DNA of 64,000 nucleotides, taken from NCBI GenBank assembly GCA_965205505.1, contig CBDBHB010000008.1:288001-352000 (forward strand), read 5' to 3'. The notes beneath the pieces were generated by a model. The model did not search any database. It was not told the DNA's origin and saw only the letters and a list, made by a program, of their open reading frames with translations. Position 1 is the first letter of the stretch; every line of letters begins with the position of its first letter. Shown here piece by piece: positions 1 to 10,500 of the stretch. The DNA comes from Acidobacteriota bacterium. GTDB lineage: Bacteria; Acidobacteriota; UBA890; WLXD01. A program made the position numbers and the translations under genes.

Positions 1-120
1 TCTTCTCGGGTTCTGTGCCTCGCAAACCTTTGCCCTGGCGTCCGACAAAGGGCAAGGTGAGCCCGGCACGTAGTGATCGCCAACCCGAGAATACGTCTAC
101 GAATTCCTTCTGGAGGCGAA

Positions 121-450
121 ATGGCGTACGTCTATCTAGCCATCGCAATCGTGGCCGAGGTGTTCGGAACCACCTCGTTGAAGGCATCTGAGGAGTTCAC
201 GCGACTGGCGCCCAGCCTGGCCGTGGCGACTGGCTATAGTGTCTCCTTCTACTTCCTCTCGTTGGTCCTGCGGAGCATCCCGCTGGGGGTCACGTACGCG
301 GTGTGGTCCGGGATGGGCGTTGTACTGGTGGCGATCGCGGGGGCGGTCGTCTACAAGGAGGTTCCGGATGCCCCCGCCCTGCTCGGCATGACGATGATCG
401 TCGGCGGCGTAGTCGTCATGAACCTGTTTTCGAAGACCGTGATCCACTGA
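121..450 (+). CDS. SMR family multidrug efflux transporter (EmrE/QacE type)
   Basis: 109 aa, 4 TM; YLAIAIVAEVFGTTSLKASEEFTR with the conserved TM1 Glu; YAVWSG motif; GGAGG RBS before ATG 121. Confidence 0.92.
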   Translation: MAYVYLAIAIVAEVFGTTSLKASEEFTRLAPSLAVATGYSVSFYFLSLVLRSIPLGVTYAVWSGMGVVLVAIAGAVVYKEVPDAPALLGMTMIVGGVVVMNLFSKTVIH

Positions 451-462
451 CGCGGCGGCAGG

Positions 463-1503
463 TCAGCGGACTGTCAAGGGCTTCGATACGCGTTCCGCGA
501 ACATCTCGATGAAGCGCGGCCAATCGAGATCGTACTGAACCTCCATGCGCTGAGCTCCCTCTGCTCCCGGCCAGATGCGATCGCCTCCGACCGAGGTGCC
601 ATAGCTGATTCCGCGATTGATATCGACATCGACAAGAAGCTCACGCGTGGTTACCAGCGACGGATCGATCAGGCTCGCCACCGCCACCTGGTCGTACATT
701 AACCACACCGTCGACGGATGCTCCTCGAAGATCGGCCCCATCTCGCGGCGAAGCAGCCTCGTGATCGGCGTGTCGGAGGCTACGACGCGTTCGTAAGCAT
801 CTCGATCAAACGAGGTCTTGCGCGACACGTTCAGCGGCGACAGAACGGTAGGGATCCCCGCGCGCAGCACCGCGCGGGCCGCTTCTGGATCGACCCAGAA
901 GTTGAACTCGGCGTTCGGCGTGACGTTGCCGTGCCCGTCGGGAAGGGTGGCGACGGCGCCTCCCATGATGACCAGCTTCTTCACGTGCCGCGCGAAGTCC
1001 GCGTCCTGTCGTATGGCGATTGCCACGTTGGTCAGCGGGCCGATGGCCAGGATGGTGATTCCCCCGGGCTGCTGGCGCACCGTCGCGAGCATGAACTCGA
1101 CCGCACCGGTGACTTCCAGGGTCTTCGCGGCGAAGCCTCCGGACGGCTCGCGGGGCGCATCGTTCGACCACCACTCCCCGTGGTTCTGGGTCGCGTAGTC
1201 CGACTTCTCGTGCACGAGCGGCATATCGGCGCCGGAGTAGACGGGAATGTCGGTACGCGCCGCGATCTCGAGCAGTCGCAGCACGTCGGCGTTTGCCTGC
1301 TCGAGCGAGAAATTCCCCGCCACCGTGGTGATGCCAACGATCTCCAACTCCGGAGACTGCAACGCCAGCAGCAACGCCATGCCATCGTCCTGTGGCGGCA
1401 TGGCGAAATCGGTGTCGAAGATCACCCGGTGCGATTGAGCGGAGACAACCTCGGCTACCAGCAACGCCATCGTGACAACGACGCTGAGACCAACCACACG
1501 CAC
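463..1503 (-). CDS. Nucleoside hydrolase (inosine/uridine-preferring family) with signal peptide
   Basis: VIFDTD...QDDGMAL, GITTVAGN, GPLTN, MGG, AEFNFWVDPEAA motifs; hydrophobic N-terminus ending VSA. Confidence 0.92.
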   Translation of the reverse strand: MRVVGLSVVVTMALLVAEVVSAQSHRVIFDTDFAMPPQDDGMALLLALQSPELEIVGITTVAGNFSLEQANADVLRLLEIAARTDIPVYSGADMPLVHEKSDYATQNHGEWWSNDAPREPSGGFAAKTLEVTGAVEFMLATVRQQPGGITILAIGPLTNVAIAIRQDADFARHVKKLVIMGGAVATLPDGHGNVTPNAEFNFWVDPEAARAVLRAGIPTVLSPLNVSRKTSFDRDAYERVVASDTPITRLLRREMGPIFEEHPSTVWLMYDQVAVASLIDPSLVTTRELLVDVDINRGISYGTSVGGDRIWPGAEGAQRMEVQYDLDWPRFIEMFAERVSKPLTVR

Positions 1504-1507
1504 GTCG

Positions 1508-3208
1508 CTACATCCTTGAACCGGTCAGGGTCACATCGGCTAGCGACCAAATCTGGTTGAACCTGTCGAGCTCGTCGGCAGCGTCCTTACCCTGCGCCTC
1601 GAGGCTCTGGACGAGCCCGAACATCGACCAGCCGTTGCGCGGGTAAACAGCCAGATCGTCGCGATAGACTTGCTCGGCTGCGATCACGTCTCCCGCAGCC
1701 AGCAGTGCCCGGCCGAGCGACTGTCTGGTCGGGTAGTACCAGAACGGTGGCTCCATATACGGCAGCTCGTCCTGTGCGCCGACGGCGCGCTCGAAGTGTC
1801 TGATCGCCACGTCGAGGTCGCCCTCCGCCATGGCGATGTCGCCGAGAACCAGAGCGTCGGCGATCGACAGCAATATGCTGGCCGGATAGTCGGCCGAGTC
1901 GATCTGGTGGATCTTGTCAGTCTGCTGCAGCTGTACGAGGGTTAGCCGCTCGTCCCTCGCCGCTTCTAAGTTCCCCTGCGCCGCATAGGCAGTGGCGCGC
2001 GCGTAACGCCAGATTGCGTTCGAGAAATCGAGGTGCTCGGCTGGTTGGGGCTCGTTCAATACCTCGTCCCATCGTCCGAATCGCGTCAGCGCGAGCATCG
2101 GGATGGTATGAAAGAACTCCACGCCCGGGAACTCCTCGATCATCTCCAGCCGGATGTTGGCGGCCACCCGCCGGCCCGCGTCGATGGCTACCTCGCTGCG
2201 TCCTTCCATGGTCGAGGCGGCCCATAGGAAGTGAATGTTGTGGGGGTAGTACGCGGCCGGGTAGAAACCCTGAGCATTGCACGCGGCAATGTAGGCCTCG
2301 TCCACGGCTGCGGCGCGCACGTTCACCTCGGAAGCATCATGGTAGCGACCCACGCGCCAGTAAATGTGCGCCGGCATGTGCACGAGGTGCCCGGCTCCCG
2401 GCACCAACTCGGCCAATATGTCGGCGCCCGGCTCGGCGCGCTCGGGAGCGGATGAAGCCTCGACCGCGTGGATATATAGATGTATCGCCAGTGGGTGATC
2501 CGGGGTGCGCGCCAGTACCGTTTCCAACACGCTGATCACCTCCACCGTCTCGGGCTTCGGGCTCTCCGGGTCGAGCCAGTAGTCCCAAGGCATGTTGTTC
2601 ATCAGCGACTCAGCGAACAGCGCCGCCAGGTCATCGTCGTCGGGATACTTCTGATGCAGCTGGCGCATGGCACCGGCGTATGCCAGATCGAGCGGTCCCC
2701 GCTCGGTCGTCGGGTCGCCGTTGTAGCGAACCGCGAGCGCATCGATGAGATCCTGCTCCTTCGGCGTCGCGCTGCCGTACCTAGCAACCGCCTCCTGGAT
2801 CGCTGCGTGGGCGGCGAGGCGATCTTCGTCGGCCATCACGACCTTTCCATTGAAGGTCACGTTGATGTTCGGACCCAGTGCCAGCGCCTCCCCCCAGTAG
2901 CACATGGCGCAGTCGTCATCGAGGCGCTGCGCGGCTTGAAACGACCGCACCGACTCCGCGTGGTTGAAGGCGAAGTCGATCACCAGCCCCTGGTTGAAGT
3001 AGCGCTGGGCGTCGGGGTCGTTGGTCGTGATCGGGTGATTGTGGTCGCCCATGCCATCGAACAGCGGCGCCCCGGCGCGAGCCGCGAGCGTGTTGCGCTC
3101 GGCGCGAGCCAGCTCCGGATCCGGCGCCTGGTTTCCCGAGCAGGCGGATGACAAGAGCGAACCAAGCATGGCCGCAGACAACAGAACTCGAGACGACCTC
3201 ATGACCAC
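1508..3208 (-). CDS. TPR-repeat lipoprotein
   Basis: Lipobox-like LSSAC; AQRYFNQG..FAFNHAE, HLYIHAVE, GHLVHMPAHIY motifs of a conserved TPR family; start may be ATG 3202. Confidence 0.82.
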   Translation of the reverse strand: MVMRSSRVLLSAAMLGSLLSSACSGNQAPDPELARAERNTLAARAGAPLFDGMGDHNHPITTNDPDAQRYFNQGLVIDFAFNHAESVRSFQAAQRLDDDCAMCYWGEALALGPNINVTFNGKVVMADEDRLAAHAAIQEAVARYGSATPKEQDLIDALAVRYNGDPTTERGPLDLAYAGAMRQLHQKYPDDDDLAALFAESLMNNMPWDYWLDPESPKPETVEVISVLETVLARTPDHPLAIHLYIHAVEASSAPERAEPGADILAELVPGAGHLVHMPAHIYWRVGRYHDASEVNVRAAAVDEAYIAACNAQGFYPAAYYPHNIHFLWAASTMEGRSEVAIDAGRRVAANIRLEMIEEFPGVEFFHTIPMLALTRFGRWDEVLNEPQPAEHLDFSNAIWRYARATAYAAQGNLEAARDERLTLVQLQQTDKIHQIDSADYPASILLSIADALVLGDIAMAEGDLDVAIRHFERAVGAQDELPYMEPPFWYYPTRQSLGRALLAAGDVIAAEQVYRDDLAVYPRNGWSMFGLVQSLEAQGKDAADELDRFNQIWSLADVTLTGSRM

Positions 3209-3266
3209 CCCCCCTCGGCTGGCGTTGCGGGGACCCGTACGCGGGTTCGGCTACTCTGTCGGCAGA

Positions 3267-3467
3267 CTAGTCCGCGCGGCGCATCGAATCCAATCCGGCG
3301 CCACATCGCACAGGGGAGCTCGCCAATACCACCCCGCCAGCCGCTACAACGACGGCTGTCGCGCCGATCGCCCCGCCGAGGCTGACCGCGCCCAACGCCA
3401 CGACTACGAATACGCCATGGCGCATGACGCGTTCCCGTTTGGCACCGCGCACCATACGCCGGCTCAA
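3267..3467 (-). CDS. Possible small hydrophobic protein
   Basis: 66-aa ORF overlapping the stop of the upstream gene by 4 nt; long hydrophobic stretch; fills the intergenic gap. Confidence 0.3.
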   Translation of the reverse strand: MSRRMVRGAKRERVMRHGVFVVVALGAVSLGGAIGATAVVVAAGGVVLASSPVRCGAGLDSMRRAD

Positions 3468-5158
3468 CCTCTTCCTGCTTGCCGCAGCTGACGCGTCTCG
3501 GCCTCGTTCAGCAGCATCGTTTTCGCGTCGATCACCACGCGGTAATCATCGCGAGCTCGATCTAGCGACACGTAGCCATTGCGCACGTCCTCGAGCACGC
3601 GGGCGGGGTCGCGCTTCTCGGGCGGACCGTAGCCGCCACCACCGGGCAACTCCAGCGTGACCTCCGTGCCGGGCTCCAACTGCGCGCGGATCTTCGGATA
3701 TACCGATACGTCGTTGTTCGCGTACACGGCACCCGCGGCACCTGGTCGCCCGCCGGCCAGACCCGGGGCCGGGAACTGTACGCGCTCGTAGAGGCCCGAG
3801 AACATGTAGGGGCGATCGGTGCGTACAGCGATCTGCATCACCTGTCCGAGGCCGCCGCGAAACCGCCCTGGTCCGCCGGAGTCGCGTATCAGCGCACGCT
3901 GCGTGAGCATCACCGGCGAGACCGACTCGATGACCTCCACCGGCACACCGGCGATGCCGCTCGGGAAGGCGGTGGCTGACAGGCCGTCGCGATCGGCCAT
4001 GGCGCCGGTACCGCCGGAGGAAAACCAAACATAGCTGAACGGCTCATCGGTGCGCGTATCGTGCCCGAAGATCTGCGTGTCCCAAAGGCTGTCGAAGCCC
4101 GGCGCCGAGATGTGGTCGGGGAGCACGTCCGCCAGTGCGATAAAGATGGCGCCGGGCAAGTAGTGGCCGATCAGATGTCGCCCACCGATGGCCGCCGGGA
4201 ACTGGGCGTTGAGGATGCACCCGGCTGGTGCGGTCACCCCCACCGGCCGGAAGCTCCCCTCGTTGTTGGGCACGTCAGGCGCGATCGCGCACTTCACGCC
4301 GTAGGTGGTATAGGCGTGACTGTAGTTAAACGCTACGTTGATACCCCAGCTGACCTCGGGCGAGGTTCCGACGTAGTCGACCTGCAGAGAGTCCCCGTCG
4401 ACGACGACCGTGGTGCAGATGCGGATCGGCTCCTCGAACCCGTCGCACATCACCTCCGAGCGATACTCGCCGTCGGGGATCGTCGCAATGCGCTCGCGCA
4501 TAGCCGCCTCGGAGCGCTCGACAACCAGATCCGACAGAGCCTCGATGTCGGGAAGGTCAAACTCCGCCAGGCTCTTGAGGAGCTGATCGCCTCCTACCTC
4601 ATTCGCCACTACCTGAGCGTGAATGTCGCCGAGCACCTCGTCGGGGGTACGTACGTTGGCGCGGAGAAGGGCCAGCAGCGTGTCGTTCGGCAACCCTGCG
4701 TCGTGCAATTTCATGATCGGGATGAAGATCCCCTCCTCGTACACCTGGCGGGAGTCGGCAGACAGGCCACGGCCTCCGATGTCGAGCGCGTGGCAGGTAT
4801 TCCCAAAAAAGGCGACGACGCGCGATCGGTGGAAGATCGGCGTAATGACCGTGATGTCGTTGAGCTGCGAGGCCGTCTTCCAGGGATCATTGGTGGCCAG
4901 CACGTCGCCGGGCTGCAGCGAATCAATGGGGAAGGCGCCGAGGAAGTGGCCCATGCTCGTAGCCATGGAGTTGATGTGCCCGGGGGTCCCGGTCACCGCC
5001 TGGGCAATCATGCGGCCACGGCGATCGAAGATGCCTGCCGACAGGTCACCGGCCTCGCGCAGCACCGAGGTAAACGAGGTGCGCATCAGGGCCGCCGCCT
5101 GCTCGTTGACCACGCCGACGAGGCGATTCCACAGCACGTCGAGAAGGATGGCATCCAT
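3464..5158 (-). CDS. Hydantoinase B/oxoprolinase family protein
   Basis: RTSFTSVLREAGDLSAG, NDPW, EEGIFIP, DSGGPGRFRGGLG, PGGGGYG motifs; start set at MDAILL. Confidence 0.93.
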   Translation of the reverse strand: MDAILLDVLWNRLVGVVNEQAAALMRTSFTSVLREAGDLSAGIFDRRGRMIAQAVTGTPGHINSMATSMGHFLGAFPIDSLQPGDVLATNDPWKTASQLNDITVITPIFHRSRVVAFFGNTCHALDIGGRGLSADSRQVYEEGIFIPIMKLHDAGLPNDTLLALLRANVRTPDEVLGDIHAQVVANEVGGDQLLKSLAEFDLPDIEALSDLVVERSEAAMRERIATIPDGEYRSEVMCDGFEEPIRICTTVVVDGDSLQVDYVGTSPEVSWGINVAFNYSHAYTTYGVKCAIAPDVPNNEGSFRPVGVTAPAGCILNAQFPAAIGGRHLIGHYLPGAIFIALADVLPDHISAPGFDSLWDTQIFGHDTRTDEPFSYVWFSSGGTGAMADRDGLSATAFPSGIAGVPVEVIESVSPVMLTQRALIRDSGGPGRFRGGLGQVMQIAVRTDRPYMFSGLYERVQFPAPGLAGGRPGAAGAVYANNDVSVYPKIRAQLEPGTEVTLELPGGGGYGPPEKRDPARVLEDVRNGYVSLDRARDDYRVVIDAKTMLLNEAETRQLRQAGRG

Positions 5159-5198
5159 CAGCCTACCCCCACTGCCGCTCTCTGCGGCTGAGCTGGTC

Positions 5199-7298
5199 TC
5201 ATGACAGCTCCACCACGAGATTGAGCGACTCGTCCACATGGGCACGGGTGTCGGGTCCGAGCACGGCGGTCGACTCGCGCTCCTCCACCACTGCCGGGCC
5301 GTCGAATCGTGCTCCGACCGCCAGCGCGTAGCGATCGTATACGGGCACCGACAGGAGGCCGGATTCCTCGGGGAGGTAAATCGGCCGGTGCCCCTTGATC
5401 GGACTCACTGCTTGAGCAGAGCTCCCCGGCTGATCGACCGCGTCGGTCGGTGCTTCGGGTAAGTGCAGCTCGGGCAGCGGGCCGACGCACGACACGCGCC
5501 AACTCACCACCTCGATCTCCGGACCGGGAGGAGTGCGCCCGTAGATCGACTCATACTCGGTCTCGAAAGCAGCCCTGATCTCCGGTTCGCTAGCATGGCC
5601 CAGATTGTCGCCCGGAACGGGGATGCGCATCTCGTGCCCCTGTAGGCTGTAGCGAAGGTCGGCCCAGCGTCGAACCGAGATCTGCTCCGCCGGCAGCGTC
5701 GCCTCGAGAACCGAACGGCCCTCGTGCTCCATCTCCGCCAGGCAGTCGGTGACCGCCGACCAGTCAAGCGCTGCCAGCTTGCCGGGCAACGTGCGCACCG
5801 ACTCGGTCGACAGTGGAGCGGCCAGGAAGCCGACCGCCGAGGTCACCCCGGCGCCACGCGGGCAGACAAACCGCGGACAACCAAGAATCCGCGCTACCCG
5901 GTCGGCGTGTACGGGGCCAGCGCCCCCGAACGCGAACAGCGGAAACCGACGCAAGTCCTTGCCCCGCTCTACCGCGTGCACCCGGGCCGCCGCTGCCATG
6001 CTCTCGTTGACCACCTGGTGGATTCCCCAGGCGGCGCGCAATGGGTCCAGATCGAGCGGCTCGGCGACATGCGCGGCGATGGCGTCGTGAGCAGCTGCGC
6101 GATCGAGCGTCATGGCGCCGCCTAGGAAGAAGTCTGGGTCGAGATAGCCGAGGACGAGGTCGGCGTCGGTCACCGTGGGCGCAGTGCCGCCGCGGCCGTA
6201 ACAGGCAGGACCGGGATCCGACCCGGCGCTGTCTGGGCCTACCGCCAGCAGGCCCAGAGAGCTCAGCCTTGCGATACTGCCGCCGCCTGCTCCGATCTCG
6301 ATCATCTCGATAACCGGCGCCTTGATCGGCAGGCCGCTGCCGCGCTTGAAAAGATAGACACGCGCAACCTCGAACTCCCGGGTGATCAGCGGCTCGCCCG
6401 CCTCGATCACACCCGCCTTCGCGGTCGTACCACCCATGTCGAACGACAGCAGATCCGGCTGCCCCATGCGCTCACCGTAGTAGGCGGCCGCCAGCGCCCC
6501 GGCCGCGGGTCCCGACTCGACGATATGAATCGGCAGCCGGCAAGCCAGATCGACCGTACAAATACCGCCGTTGGATTGCATGACGAACAGCGTCCCGACG
6601 ATACCGAGCTCCCGTAACCGCTCGACCAGACGGTTGAGGTAGCTTTCCGCCAACCGCTGGATAAAGACGTTGGCCACGGTCGTCGAAGTGCGTTCGTACT
6701 CACGAATCTCCGGTGCCACATCGCACGACAACGAGCAGGCGATCTCGGGGGCGCGCTCGCGCAGCAGCTGCCCGATCGCCCGCTCGTGATCCGAGTTCGC
6801 GTAGCCGTGCAGCAGGCAAACCGCTACCGCCTCGACCGACTGCGCGCGCAGCTCGTCGACAACTCGCGCCGCCCCATCGAGATCGAGCGCCCGACGAACG
6901 GAACCGTCCTCGAGCACGCGCTCATCGACCTCGTAGCGAAGATAGCGAGGCACCAGAGGGGCCGCCCGCTCCAGCCGCAGATCGTACATGTCGTAGCGAT
7001 GTTCGCGGGCGATCTCCAGAGCATCGCGGAACCCGGCGGTCGTGATGAGGGCGGTCCGCGCCCCCTTGCGCTCGATCAGCGCGTTGGCGAACAGCGTCGT
7101 GCCATGAACGACGTGCGAGATTTCCTCGGCCGGCACCCCGGTAGCACTCAGCAGCGCCTCTATCCCCTCTCCCGCAGCGCGGGCCGGGTCGGTCGAGGTG
7201 GTCAGCACCTTCACCACTTCGAAGACCGTTCCGGCGTCGTCGACCAGCACCAGATCGGTGAAGGTGCCGCCGATGTCGACTCCGATCCGGTAGCTCAT
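5199..7298 (-). CDS. Hydantoinase A/oxoprolinase family protein
   Basis: GVDIGGTFTD, HGTT, EYERTSTT, SGPAAG, DMGGTT, GAGGGS, PGPACYG motifs. Confidence 0.95.
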   Translation of the reverse strand: MSYRIGVDIGGTFTDLVLVDDAGTVFEVVKVLTTSTDPARAAGEGIEALLSATGVPAEEISHVVHGTTLFANALIERKGARTALITTAGFRDALEIAREHRYDMYDLRLERAAPLVPRYLRYEVDERVLEDGSVRRALDLDGAARVVDELRAQSVEAVAVCLLHGYANSDHERAIGQLLRERAPEIACSLSCDVAPEIREYERTSTTVANVFIQRLAESYLNRLVERLRELGIVGTLFVMQSNGGICTVDLACRLPIHIVESGPAAGALAAAYYGERMGQPDLLSFDMGGTTAKAGVIEAGEPLITREFEVARVYLFKRGSGLPIKAPVIEMIEIGAGGGSIARLSSLGLLAVGPDSAGSDPGPACYGRGGTAPTVTDADLVLGYLDPDFFLGGAMTLDRAAAHDAIAAHVAEPLDLDPLRAAWGIHQVVNESMAAAARVHAVERGKDLRRFPLFAFGGAGPVHADRVARILGCPRFVCPRGAGVTSAVGFLAAPLSTESVRTLPGKLAALDWSAVTDCLAEMEHEGRSVLEATLPAEQISVRRWADLRYSLQGHEMRIPVPGDNLGHASEPEIRAAFETEYESIYGRTPPGPEIEVVSWRVSCVGPLPELHLPEAPTDAVDQPGSSAQAVSPIKGHRPIYLPEESGLLSVPVYDRYALAVGARFDGPAVVEERESTAVLGPDTRAHVDESLNLVVELS

Positions 7299-7516
7299 CG
7301 GGAGCCGGGAGTCTCGTACGCGCATGCATCTTGGCCGCCGCACTTCGGCCTCTCGGCGTTGTCGATGCCGGTTGCTCCGCAGAAGGAGTGTGCGCTGAAG
7401 AAGCTGTTGTCGAACACGTGATCATGTTACCCGGGCAAGCAACCAGCATGATTGCACATGCTCGCCTGCAGCGACGGAGCCCCTGTGCGACGGCGTCGGG
7501 GTCAGGACCGTCGCTT

Positions 7517-10500
7517 CTATTGGTCGCCGCGCCCGGCACGTAGCGGCCGAGGACGGACGGTTGCCAGGCGCACACCGGCGCCTGTCTCACCCTCGAGACG
7601 GTACAGCTCGTACTCGGCGTCGGCGATGAAGCGGACCGAGGCCATCAGGTAGCCGAAGCCCATCCATGTTTCCAGATCGAGCCAGTCACCCTGCGCTGTC
7701 TCGTCCATGGCCTCGGTACCGCCCGAGAAGATCGTCGGGTTGACGAGCTGCTGCGCACGGGCCAGCGACGCAGCGCCGTTGCGGCGCTCGTTGTAGATCG
7801 CCGTGTCGTTGTAGATGTCGAGATTGTAGACATGCGGTTGCCAGCGGATCGTCCAGCGCTCGTAGCGATCGTAGATACGCAGGTTCGTGGCACGTGACTC
7901 GGCGTCGCGCGATACCTCCTCGGCGATGTAGTCGAGCATGGCCCGTGCCGCGTCGCGGTAGTCGCTCAGTCGCGGATCCTCTGGGACCCTCACGCTCGTG
8001 TACCAGCCGCGCGGAATCCAGTACGAACGGAACGACTTGGGGTTGTAGTTGGCGAACTGGTGCACCCACTCGTGTGAGGGGTAGCCATGCGGATTCAGTC
8101 GGATGTCGGCAAGCCAGCGAGCGCTGACGTCGCGCAGCACATGCGCTTCGGTAACCAGGGTGTCCGGCTCGTTGGCTTGACCTGGGACGTCGGGCCCGAG
8201 GGCCCTGTAGCGCCCGGCGTGCAGGCAATGGGTCGGCGTGAGCTTTTGAAGCTCGTAGGCGAGCGCCGCGCCGTCGGGGTTGACGACCGGCTGGATCACG
8301 ACGTTCATGCCGTTCAGGTAGCGACGGTAGCTCGGATCAGTGGCCAGCAGCTCGGCGAGCCGGAGGATGTGCGACGTCGACGAGACTTCGTTGGCATGTT
8401 GCCTCCCGACGATCGAAAGCACCGGCTTCCAGGCGTTGAGCTTCGCCTGCGACACCAGGTCGGCCTCCATCGGTAGCCGGATCTCCATCACGGACACCGG
8501 GCGGCCCTGGTACGAATGACCGGCCACATACGTGGTCACCGCGTCGAGCGTGCCCAACTGGTGTGCAATGCGCTCGCTCTCGTCCGGGCTGATCACATGA
8601 TCCCAGGTAACGACTGGCCCTCCCGTCGACGGGTACGGCTCGACAACCGTTGCAGGCTCCGCCACGTCCGGCGAAGCAAAAGTGCGCTCGCTCAGCGCCC
8701 CCTCCGCCTCGATGCGCACCGACACCTGCTCGACGCCGTCGAACGCGAAGACGTCGGCGAAAAGGCCGTCGGCACGCAGCCGCTCCAGGTTGCTGAGCAA
8801 CGCGGCGAGCCGTGCGAGCTCGTCGTCGTCGTCGAGCTGCACCAGAATGCCGATGCGCTCGAGCGTGTCGGCGCCCGACTCGACGTCGACAGCGTAGAGG
8901 TAGGGCTCCGGGATCTCGATGGGTGTGAGGGTGCGCGTTTCGGTCTCCCCGCCGGTCTCCTCATCCTCATCCTCGGCGGAAGGCTCGGCTTCGGACTCTG
9001 CGGTCTCGCCCTCGGCGGCACCATCGCCCTCGTCGTCCGTTTCGCGATAACGCACTACGAGTTTCGCCTCTTTAGAGGCGAAGCCCGCGTACGAGATCTT
9101 CAACGCCGGCGCCTGACCGCGACGCTCGGGGTGAATCCACGGCAGCACGTTACCCGCCGCCAGTGAGCGCGAGACCGACTCCTCGCCCGAAGCCTGTAAC
9201 GCCACCTCGTAGAAGAAGTCGAGCGCATCGAAGTAGAAGTCGTCGTGTAGCGACTCGAGAACCGACACGTGCTCCTCATCCACACCAAGACGGAAATCGG
9301 GCTCGGAGGCCTGCAAATCGATCCGTAGCGTGTGAAAGAAGGGGGCCTTGTCGGCGGTCGGCCGGTTGCCGGTAGTTTTCTTGATGTGCTCGTACACGCG
9401 GTCGAGCGTGTCGCTTTGGAAGTAATCCCAGATGCGGTCCGAGTCGGTGGGAATGCGCTCGTCGACGACGACGTTGTCGCCGACGCGCGCGGTCAACCAA
9501 CCGGTGGCCACAGTCACAGTGGCGTAATCCTGGAAGGCATCGAAGTAGGGACGCTCGTAGGCGTGGGGTGAGAACGATTCCTGCAACAGGATCGAGCCGG
9601 CCGCGTCGCGGGCCGTCGCCGTGTAGATGTCGTCGCCCGCGTCGTCGAGACGAAAGGAGAAGGCGTCCAGCGGCAGGCCCATTGAGCCCGCCAGCACATC
9701 GTCGGCGGGATACAGCTCGTTGAGCCATCGCTCGGTTCGTTCTGAAAGCGTTCTTTGGTGTCCGGGTCGACGGGGAACGGTTTCCAGGCGATGTCCAGCG
9801 CCGCGACGCTCTGCCCCGCCAGGGCAGGAGCGACGCGATCCATGAGCCATGACAGACCCTGCTTGTATGCCGACAGCACTCTGATATCGCCGGGCTCGCC
9901 GCCCGCAGCGCTGATCTCCGCACGCACCTGGTCGGCCAGCTCAGCACGCAGCTCCGGCGCCTCACTCACGCGGGCCTCCAGCGACACCGTGTCGCCCGGC
10001 TGGATCGCAGACACGACCTGCTCACGGAACACACGTCGGAGATGGTCGACCTCCCACTCGATCTCGGGCTCGTCGGTGAAGACTTCCTCAGGATCCATCC
10101 GCGCCCGGCTGCCGACCTCGACGTCCGTAACAGCGAGCCGGCTGGCGATCTGCGACAACACCCAATCGTCGAACTCCGGCGACGCCTCCTCGAAGAACGC
10201 CTCTACCGATACGGACTCGAGCTCCTTGTCCTCGAGGTCTGCGAGGATGCCCTCGAGCTCTTCTGCTGCAAGTGCCGCTTGCGCCGCCGTAGTTCGCGCC
10301 GACAAGAGACGGCGCACGGTGTTCTTGACGGTGTCGAGGCTCGCCTCGCCCAGCCCTGTGCTCCAGACGTGCGGCGCTCGCCGCGCCAGGTAGGCCGACG
10401 CTGCCTCCTCACCGGCACGATCGCCACCGTGCACAACGACGGCCGAGTTGGCATTGAAGGCTTCCGGCACCATCTCGACCCTGCCCAGACCGGCGCGCGG

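Noticed and set aside
1-120. Guanidine riboswitch before the SMR gene
   Set aside because: No paired ACGR-loop hairpins or other recognisable consensus, and the protein is EmrE/Qac-like rather than Gdx-like
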